From Mytilus trossulus (taxonomy: Eukaryota): a DNA stretch of 64,000 nt. The stretch is taken from the NCBI RefSeq assembly GCF_036588685.1, contig NC_086376.1, positions 73,201,630 to 73,265,629 on the forward strand, in the 5' to 3' direction. Below the pieces are notes generated by a model. The model did no database searches. It saw only the letters and a list, made by a program, of their open reading frames with translations, and was not told where the DNA came from. The position numbers and the translations under genes are program-made. The stretch's first letter is position 1, and each line of letters starts with the position of its first letter. Below, one piece after another: positions 54,811 to 64,000 of the stretch.

Positions 54811-57009
54811 TGCCTTTTGTTATCTATTAATCATGTGTTTCTTTGTCTAATACGTTCTCCTATTTATTTGTATTGTAGTCCTGTACAGTAATATTATGTT
54901 GTATTTTTAATGTTATATTTTACATAGCCATGCAAGTGCGAGGTTAGGCATGCCGCAAAACTATGTTCATTCAACCCACCATTTTCATCTTTAAAAATGT
55001 CTTGTACCAAGTCAGGAAAATGGGCTTTGGTACTTCATAGTTCGTTTCTGTGTGTGTAACGTTTTAACGTTGTGCTTCCGTTGTGTCGTTTGTTTTCTCT
55101 TATATTTGAGTGTGAATTCACATTACTATAAGACGTGTCACGGTACTTTTGTATCACAAATTCATGTATTTGGTTTTGATGTTATATTTGTTATACTCAT
55201 CGGATTTTGTCTAATGCTTGGTCCGTTTCTGTGTGTGTTACATTTTAATGTTGTGCCGTTGTTCTCCTCTTATATTTAATGCGTTTCCCTCAGTTTTAGT
55301 TTGTTACCCCAATTTTGTTTTTTGTCCATAGATTTACGAGCATCTTGAACAGCGGTATACTACTGGTGCCTTTATTTTGCAGCCATATTTTTCTTCGGAT
55401 TAAAGACAAATGAGGAAACTCCAATATACCTTTCTTAAATTGTTCCTGCCAATCTAAGTCCAAATTGACAGTGGCATAGGGGAACATAAAACTTTCAGTT
55501 AATTGGGTGTATTTGAATAAAGTAGCTCACCCGGGCTTGCCCTTTGCTATAGGTGCGGTGAGGTCCGCGATCAGGATAACAAAAAATATATTTGTTGCTA
55601 TAACATTTGGCGTAAAATAATTCGACGTTGAAAATAAAATGCTTATATTTCCCATTTCAGTAAATTCGGTGTAATTCTCTAAAGAAATACTTCAGAGTAT
55701 TCGTTATAATTGTTTGGTTATGACATATTATGCCTAATAAAATACGACAAGCTTCATTACCTCACCCAAATCATTTGGAAAAGAGACGTGATAAAGATGT
55801 CTCTATCAATAGACTGACGATAGTTTATTGTTCAAATAACGTATGGTCGCTTGAATAGTTCATATACTCATTTCATGCTAGTTTCATAAGGCCACGATAC
55901 TGCTTGGATACGAAATAGATATCATTAGCCTCTGTCGTAGTGTAATAGACCAATTAATCTACTCAGTTCTCAATCAACGCTTAATTAGCGAACTTAATTG
56001 GATTTAAGTCCAGGATATGTCTCCCATACACTGTTTGATGATCTGCTTTATTCCCAACATATACTCACACAAACATTATAAATGACTCAATGAAACCAAT
56101 GAAAATGTTAACGTTTCATAAGATATACGTTTTAGAGGTGATCCTCATGTACTGTCGATGCTATTCGTGGCAGGCGCGCTACGTTTGGGCGAACAAAAAT
56201 CCATGTTTGGGCGACAAAACCTCGGGCGACATTGACCTGCTCAAAATTTACTTTATACGTTTGCACATATCAGTCATTGTCTTTTTATGAAACAACAAAA
56301 ATATCATAGATTTTTGTGTAATTATAACACAATCATAATTTCTGACATAAAGCAAAATACTGCAGCAAAAAAAAATAAAGTAAAACGACAAGGTGAAAGC
56401 GGCATGTAAGATTGTGTTTACTATCTCAGTGACCAACAAAGGAAAGTACTTGATAGTCGATGGATAGTCTTTGCGTGTAGATACAGGGTTTTCTATAGTG
56501 AAAATAGAACAATTTTCTGAAAATGAACAGAGAAATTATGCAAATATCGCGAATGTCATGTTTTGCGTCTTGGAAAACAATCAGCACATTCGTGAAAGTG
56601 CGAATGTAAATTAAAAAGAACACAAATCATACTGATTAAACTGAGAGTTCTTGTGATTACTCTTGTCAAAATACACAGTGGCTAATATCACAGCCTGTCA
56701 TGACCGTTTCACATCAAATGATAACATTTTTCGACAATTGCATATAATGTTGGTAGTGATGCAATATACGACCCACCAACTCATGCTTTTATTTTGCAAA
56801 TAAAAAATCATTATTGCGGAAACACAAAATTTGATTTCAGAAAAAAACAAATGAAAAGGTAGCTAAATTATAAACAAAATTAACAATAACAAAGCTACTG
56901 GATTAGATGCATTCCAGGAAGTGAAATATTGTTAACCCATAGTCGTGCTACAGTTAACAACATTCATACATTTATCTGTGGAAACTATTTTGGGATAAGC
57001 CGAATTTGA

Positions 57010-57280
57010 CCTACCGAATAAGACTATTTACCGGATTTGTAATATCATGAGCAACACGATGAGTGATACATGTGGAGCAGGATCTGCTTACCCTTCCGGA
57101 GCACCTGAGACCACCCCCAAATTTTGGTGGGGTTCGTGTTGCTTTGTCTTTAGTTTTCTATGTTGTGTCTTGTGTACTATTATTTGCCTGTTTGTCTTTT
57201 CTTTTTTAGCCAACCTGGCGTTGTCAGGTCAGTTTGTTTTCGAAGTTTGACGGTCCTTTTGGTATCTCCCCCTCTTTTAA
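57010..57280 (+). repeat. Dispersed repeat (GGAGCAGGATCTGCTTACCCTTCCGGAGCACCTGAG family, Helitron-like non-autonomous)
   Basis: Diverged reverse copies at ~23990-24075 (inside the TE) and ~29930-30010. Confidence 0.55.
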
Positions 57281-57389
57281 GTAAGCTCAAGTAACAAAAC
57301 TGGACAGAAATAAACCAACCAACTTGACAAAGCCAACTGTAGGCCTGTCAGTTTTCTCAATCTATAAAGATACATGTATTAAGATGTTC

Positions 57390-58416
57390 GTTAGAATCTC
57401 ATTAGGAACATCCATGCCATGTTTGGTATTATTCTATTCTAAGCTACTCTAAAAGAAGCATTGGTATGTATTTCCCATAAAATAAAGTCCCCTGCTATCG
57501 GCCATTTTTTTTTATAATGGTTCGGCTACAAAGTGACAACACTTTGTCAGCACCTCATTATGAACATTCATGCAATGTTTGATTTAATCCTCTTCGGTAA
57601 TACGCTAGAAGAAAATATTTGTATGTATTTCCCATCTTAGCTGATGGATTTGCTACAAAGTAACACCACTTGGTCAGCACATCAAAAGTAGCATTCATGT
57701 CTTGCTTGGTTTTATTCCATTCAGTCGTTCCTCAAAGGAGAATTTAGCATGTGTTTCACATTGGATCCTATGTTAAACTAATTTTCCATTTGGTAGCCAT
57801 TTTGGATGATTGATTGGCTAAAAAGTAACAAAACTTGGTCAGCACCTCATTTGGAACATTCATGGCGTGTTGATTCCATTTCATTCAGTGATCTAAAAGA
57901 TAAAAATTTGTATGCATTTCCCATAGGGTCCTATGTAATACTAAGTCCCTGCTGGAGGCCATCTGGGATGATTGATCGCCGACACAGTTACAGCCTTTGG
58001 TCAGCACCTTATAAGGAATAAATAGGACACTTGTATGTACTGTGCATAGGGTCCTATGGTTAACGATGTCTCCCCACTGGCGGCTATCTTAGATGATAGA
58101 TCAGCTACAAAGTAACATCACTTGGTTAGCACCTCATAAGGAGCATTCATTCCATTTAGTGGTTCTTTCAAAGAAGACATTTTTATGTATTGTCTAAAGG
58201 GTCCTATGTTAAACGAAGTCCCCTCTGATGGGTCAGTTACAAAGAACAACACTTGGTCAGCACCTCATAAGGAATATTAATTCAATGTTTTATTTCATTT
58301 CATTTAGTTGTTCTCTAAAAAGTTCAAAATGTAAAACGTTTCTGACGACGACAGACGACGGATGTTAAGAAATTAGAAAAGCATATTTGTCCCTTCGGAC
58401 CAGGTGAGCTTTAAAA
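57390..58416 (+). mobile_element. Pearl/Helentron-associated (HINE)-like element with internal ~130-150-bp tandem repeats
   Basis: ~6 degenerate units (GCTACAAAGTAACA.CACTTGGTCAGCACCTCAT..CCCATAGGGTCCTATGTTAA), then a GAC microsatellite, hairpin GTCCCTTCGGAC and GGTGAGCTTTAAAAA end. Confidence 0.65.
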
Positions 58417-59539
58417 AGAAGATGCATGTAGTATGATTGCCAACGAGACACCACTTTACAAGAGACCAAATGATACAAACACATTACAATTATAGAGCAC
58501 CTTACATCCTTCAGCAATGAGCAAAGCCTATACCGTATTGTCAGCTATAAAAGGCCCCGAAATGACAAATGTAAAACAATTTAACCCAGAAAACTTACGA
58601 CCTAATTTATGAACAAGATGAAGGTAAAACAAATATGTAACACAGCAAAAAACGACATTCACTGAATATCAGGCTACTGGCTTGAGACAGGCACATACAT
58701 ACAATAGCTGGTGGGGTTGACGATGAACCTTCCTCTTAACCCTGGGATGGTATGAAACAGTACAACATACGAACGTACTACGATTACTGAAGGTAGTTGA
58801 TATGATGCCCATTCATGATGGCGTGACAAATCGTCACTTATATCCAATCAGCCTTCCTATTGTACAAAGTTTGACAGATCATTTATTGGTATAAAACCCA
58901 AATATTGGATTGTTACCCAGACAAACATGAAAAAAACCCCAAACATATAATGTTTAAATCTTAGTAGCATTCATATTCAATAAGTTATATATTTAGATAT
59001 TTTGGAGGAGGTAATACTTTTTCAAATTTGAATGTAAAATTGTAATATTCCTTTTGCAATTGTTAAAAAATATAACATAATATAAATATATAAGAAATAT
59101 ATAAAATACCCCTACATTTATCTTGCATGTACATATTATTTTTTGCTATCAGCTAGGCCATGTCTTAATGCATATAAATCATTAACTTCCTTGACAATAA
59201 TTTTATTTATGCCATACTAATTTATTGCAAACAAAATGTTAATTTTTCCTCAACAGACAGTTTGTTGAAAGATGGAACCGTACTCTATACTATCCAAAAA
59301 AGTTTTTGTCCACATTTTTCTTAAATTTGACATTTCAAAGCAAAATGTTATTCATCTTCTTCCTCCTTTATACAAAGGAAGATATTTTTGTCCAAAGGTA
59401 TACTCATAAAAAGATGTCATGTATCGGTATAAATCTACTAATAAATACAAATTCAATTTGTAATATTTTTGTTAATTTACTGTCTGTTCTTAGTTTGATT
59501 TCATTAAGGTTATTCTGGTCGTTAAAAAAGACTTTATAA

Positions 59540-59800
59540 CAGAAATCTGGATATATGTCAGCTTCATTTTCCTTGAAGCATTAACCAGGCAATTTTTTAT
59601 AAAGTATTTTGATTTTCACAAACATGATTGAACCATATTCTGATTTTATCTTTTGCATTCATTAAATGACACTCAAACTCTACAGAAGCCTTTACAGCAC
59701 CAATATCAATAGGTAACATACCTATTTCTGCTAAAACCGCTGTGAAAACTACAGCTTTATTTACACCAACAAGATATTTTAGCAAATTTCATTTGAAATT
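59540..59800 (-). pseudogene. Non-LTR retrotransposon (LINE) ORF2 fragment
   Basis: KFAKYLVGVNK..FTAVLAEIGMLPI resembles the post-RT region of LINE ORF2; disrupted. Confidence 0.5.
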
Positions 59801-59980
59801 TTGATGACCAAAAATGATAAATATCAAGACTTAATTGGTCTAACAAATTTCATTAAAATAGAGTAGAATAGTTTTGAAACAATTTCAAACAGTAAATATT
59901 TAGTTTATCAGAAATAAAATGCATCAACATTGCTTTTGAAGCTTAATTACAAAGATTATTTACAGCATTATTGTGGCAGC

Positions 59981-60107
59981 ACTTAGTACCAATCTCCCAT
60001 ACAAACAGAGTTGTCGTCCTTTCCTCCTCAATACAGACAGTCTTGTCGTCCCTTATCTATAGGAGGAAAAGACAACCAACTATGTCTGTATAGGAGATTG
60101 ACTAAGT
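59981..60107. repeat. Small foldback element/MITE
   Basis: ACTTAGT..CAATCTCCCATACAAACAGAG / CTATGTCTGTATAGGAGATTGACTAAGT. Confidence 0.6.
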
Positions 60108-60345
60108 ACACTATGACAATCAATAGCTAAAATCAATATTGCTGTTCATGAATATAAACCTTGTTTTCGTACAATTACAGAACACCAACAAAGAAAACCG
60201 CCATGAACTATTGAAAGTGTCCCCCATGCAACTGTACCAAAACACAACTTCTTCACTTCTCAAAGTAATGGAAGTAACAGTAAATAACTCTAAACAATAA
60301 AATTCAATATCAAATAAACATGCTCGAAACATTATGGTAAATACA

Positions 60346-61200
60346 TCAAAAAGTTGGCTGAGAAAGCATATTTTGTTCACTTCCACTTTGTCGGACCTTG
60401 GTTGTCGAGACCCATTGTAAAGTTTGTTTCTGCAAAGAAGTATCCTGCTCTCCACTATGACGATGTTCGGATTTCACGTGTTTTGATCCTGTATTTGTCT
60501 TATTTTTCAAAGTTTTAACTTTTGATAAGTTATGGTCTTGAGAAGAATTGTTAGTCTCATTTGTGTTTGAAGAATGTTTGACAGTCGTTATGTGTCCTTC
60601 AAGGTCAATTGTACTCAGTTCATTTCCAGGATAAACTTGAATAGATTTGGTATCTCCAACAATATTACAATCTTTCACGTTCTGCAAAGCTGTGCTAGTA
60701 GATGAATTGGATGGAATATCGGCAATGTTATTTAAATCTAATATATCGAAATGTCCATATTGGCCAAGCTTGTCGTTCTTTAATTCTTCAGCATTTTTCT
60801 CTTTGAAATAATTGCCTTTTCTTGACATTGAATATTGCGAATCTTCAAACAATTCACTTCTTGTATATCCTGTCGAGAAACGACTGTCGTTATTTTCGTC
60901 CAGATTACATTCATTCTCGTCAATTTTAGAACTTTTATCATCATATACCGGTTCAGCAGTTAATCCTAACCTATTAACCTCTTCAGAAATTGCATGCTCA
61001 CTGCTATTTCTTCTTTTGGCAGTCTGTGGAAACGAATTAACCCTTGGTCTGAAGGTTAAATTGGTAGTATCTACAATAGAGAAGAACTTTGAAGATGGCA
61101 TAACTACAGGCGTGTGCAGGGTTTCTGAAGGTTTTATACCAAATTTATTGCAGAAGCCTTTGTCAATTGTTGAAGACTGCGTGGTTAACCTCACATTCAA
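60346..61200 (-). CDS. Uncharacterised protein, diverged paralog of the B-segment gene (first in-frame ATG 61101; may have an upstream exon)
   Basis: 284-codon ORF in AT-rich DNA; colinear blocks shared with 27763-28911, including the C-terminal LxWxxxxKxRQSxxExxMxSxxxF*. Confidence 0.7.
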   Translation of the reverse strand: MNVRLTTQSSTIDKGFCNKFGIKPSETLHTPVVMPSSKFFSIVDTTNLTFRPRVNSFPQTAKRRNSSEHAISEEVNRLGLTAEPVYDDKSSKIDENECNLDENNDSRFSTGYTRSELFEDSQYSMSRKGNYFKEKNAEELKNDKLGQYGHFDILDLNNIADIPSNSSTSTALQNVKDCNIVGDTKSIQVYPGNELSTIDLEGHITTVKHSSNTNETNNSSQDHNLSKVKTLKNKTNTGSKHVKSEHRHSGEQDTSLQKQTLQWVSTTKVRQSGSEQNMLSQPTF

Positions 61201-61403
61201 ATTGATTCATTTTATTTCATTTGTTTTTTTTAGGAAACAAATGTTTTATAAGTAATCAGGCATTGAACATATATTTAGTATAATACATATAAGTAATATA
61301 TACATATATATATATATATGTTACACTCTCAAACGTGTCCATCACCAAACGTGTTCTATCCTCCAAACGTGTACGCTTTTCATCCCCCCAAATGTGTCCG
61401 ATA

Positions 61404-61610
61404 CTGTAGATTCATTAATATAAGTTGGATACAAATTATCGTGGATTTCATGGGTAAAACTGAACAATTAAATTAATTGTTCAACGAATGCAAACTTTCT
61501 TTAGGCTTGAGCGGAGACTTCGGTAAAATTGCAAAACCAAATTTCCACGAACATGCAAGTTTTCTTTAATCCACGAAAATTTGTACCCACGAAAATAAAT
61601 GAAACCACAG
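61404..61610. mobile_element. TA-flanked MITE (Tc1/mariner-type target)
   Basis: TA-CTGTAGATTCATT..TCGTGG / CCACGAAAATAAATGAAACCACAG-TA. Confidence 0.75.
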
Positions 61611-61659
61611 TAAATGATATTCGCCAAAACGTGCCAAGTTTAAAACCCCATTACTTTCA

Positions 61660-61981
61660 AAACTTTTGCTCATTGTAAATTTAGAGATGTGAAGGATGAA
61701 TATAATTTTTTATTTCAATGTAATAAATTTAATGATGACCGCATTCATCTATTTCTAGAAATTACTAAAAGGTGCCTCAATTTTTTAACTCTTAACTCAG
61801 GAGATAAACTAATATGGCTTATGAACACAGAAGATAAGTCAATTATCACTGCTGCTGGTAAATTTAGGTGTATAATATGAATGTCATTTAAAATACTGTA
61901 TGCTATTACGATTATATTTGTTATGTGTGTATGCTCCTCTGGAGATCTAATTCGAAAATAAAATATCTTATCTTATCTTAT
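61660..61981 (+). pseudogene. 3' end of a LINE with degenerate Cys/His knuckle and (TCTTA)n tail
   Basis: CK..DVKDEYNFLFQC..F...R region, then AATAAAATATCTTATCTTATCTTAT. Confidence 0.6.
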
Positions 61982-62399
61982 GGTGCTAATATGTTTTCAG
62001 TGACGTCAATCACATTCACAGCTATTCAATGACAGGGAACACGATTGGAGACGTTGGTTTTCGGATGGATTCTAAAATAAAAGAAGATCAAAGCCGCTAT
62101 TCAAAAATATATGAAGGTAATGTGTAGTGGTCAATATACAGACAAATGTCCAAACGTGCAACACAATAACTTTTGCTTTCTTCTAAACAGACAAGAAAAA
62201 GAAAGGCACTATAAAAAAAGTTGTATTTACTGGCAGTGGCTTTTTTATTTTTAATTAATATCATTTATATTAGTATTATTCATTTATTAGCATTTGTTTC
62301 TCCATCGCCTGTTTTAGAATTTCTTCCCTCGTTTATCTATTTTTCAAATTCAACAGATCTCTATAATTTGATGCAATAAGTGGTTAACAAAATAACAAG

Positions 62400-64000
62400 A
62401 AACATGATTAAGAAATACACAAAATGAATGTGGATATTAACGTTTATAATTCGTGCATCGCCTACCGAAACAAGACTTTGAATGCAAAACTTATTCTGAT
62501 CCATATGATACTTCACAACACGAAGAGAGATGTGTGCACTTGACATAGGATGCATAAATACAGTTTCTCCAAGAAATAAAAAAAAATACAGTATAGATTG
62601 TGATGTATCTCTTTGCCATCTTTTTAAACCAGTAAGATCGGAACCTTTACATAAGAAAAAGAGGAAGTTTCTTCCTGTTCAGTTTACCAAGAGAGGAATT
62701 GATACAATCAACATCTGCAACGTTCAACACCAGAAGCAGGTAAAATCTAAAATTCCACTTTTTTTTATTTTCAAAATCAGTAAAAAATTTTGTACCTATT
62801 GTATCATACAGTTACAAACCATTGCATCCAACGTATTTAACTATAAACAAGCATCGGAGGGCCTTGATTTGGCACAATACCTAAAGCAACCTCTGACATG
62901 TGACTGTTTTCACTTGCCATATATTAACATCTTCTATGGTCATGTTATAACTGGGGGTCTAAACATTAATCAACATGAACATCTCCGAAAGTTGATATTT
63001 CATGGTCCTAAAATTTAGAGAACCCCAACATATTAATTGGAACCATAACTTCAAAATAAGAATGTTTTCCATTGAGGACTACGCCAGAGCATGGTCTAAA
63101 CTTAAATATTGTTCATGGCTTCAATGGACATTACATTGAACAACCAATCGAGATACCTACCTTGTTTGTATTGGATACCAAAGCTTCACAAAATTCTGAA
63201 CAAACAAGGGTACATTGCCGGCTCATCTGGATGTTCGACTTTATAATTGTCCATTAAATTGACAAAAATTCTGTCTGAAGTGAAAGAGGTCTTCAGAAAT
63301 AATGTGACACTGGTTACTGACGTATTGGCATTAACCATATGTGGATTCTGAAAAACTCTAAAGATTTTCTGAATAATTTTGAATCTCGATTTTTTTTCCT
63401 GCAATTAGTTCAATGAAAACTTTATACTTTTCAATCCTGTATACCACCATTTCCCATGTGAAATTGAAAAATCGTCTTAAAGAAAAAATCCACAATACTT
63501 TGAACATAAAAGTTGTAGCATACGCTATATTTGTTTCTTTTTGAAACTATACGGCATATTTTGTTAATTATGAACAAAAAGGTAAAAAATGCTATACAGA
63601 GGAACAAGTGATCAGTATGCTGGAGTTACTTATGGACAACATATGTGTTGGATTTGGAAATAGACTGTTTGTCGGCCTTCTTTGCTGACCTCTTCTTTTT
63701 TTCATGTGAATCGGAGTTCAGTCAGCCACTTGTCAAAATCATAGATGCCAGGCCATTTAATTTCACATTCAGGTATATTTATAACGTTCTCCATAAATAA
63801 TCTAAACTTTTCTGATTAGGTTTTGTTGATATATCCTCCAGAACTAGAAATTAAGGAAACAACAGACACGGCTTCCGCCGTCTCAAATTTAGACTTACCT
63901 CGAATTTGACATACACGGTCATCTCAGTACCAGAATGTATGACAAACGGAACGATTTTAATTTTGAATATCAATTTCCCCCACCTAACAAAATACAATAT
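62400..64000 (+). pseudogene. Decayed Penelope-like retroelement reverse transcriptase; runs off the window end
   Basis: CDC..GHVITG.LNI..LRKL..GPK(F)REP; FS.LYTTI.H..LK (~63430); FTFRYIYNVL, where YIDD is lost (~63765); YPPELEIKETTD; YDKRNDFNF; many frameshifts. Confidence 0.8.

Noticed and set aside
60812-61255. 147-aa plus-strand ORF
   Set aside because: Antisense shadow of the 60346-61200 ORF, which has paralog support
62530-63018. Functional 162-aa gene
   Set aside because: Fragment of a frameshifted Penelope-like ORF whose RT catalytic aspartates are lost

Overview
This is AT-rich animal genomic DNA with spliceosomal introns. The repeat families (tRNA-derived SINEs, pearl/Helentron-like repeats, Penelope-like elements) suggest a bivalve mollusc, possibly Mytilus-like; that is an inference. 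From left to right the window holds: (1) a ~39-copy 39-bp minisatellite ending in a SINE insertion; (2) a 3-exon Not/Noto-family homeobox gene (8540-16053, +), with a TIR element sitting 15 bp from its last splice acceptor; (3) a 35-kb block with the layout TE(+)-B-TE(+)-B-TE(-). TE is an apparently intact 6,635-bp Zator-type DNA transposon with GG..CC ends, 32-bp TIRs, a TWA target duplication and a 4-exon ~1,113-aa DD43E transposase. B is a 7,684-bp host segment carrying an uncharacterised gene. The three TE copies and the two B copies looked identical wherever compared, and the middle TE has hybrid flanks (TAA left, TTA right), which records how the host gene was duplicated; (4) a diverged paralog of the B gene at ~60.3-61.2 kb that shares a conserved C-terminal motif; (5) decayed LINE and Penelope-like retroelements, MITEs and degenerate hammerhead-ribozyme motifs. 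No CRISPR array, rRNA or bona fide tRNA was found.
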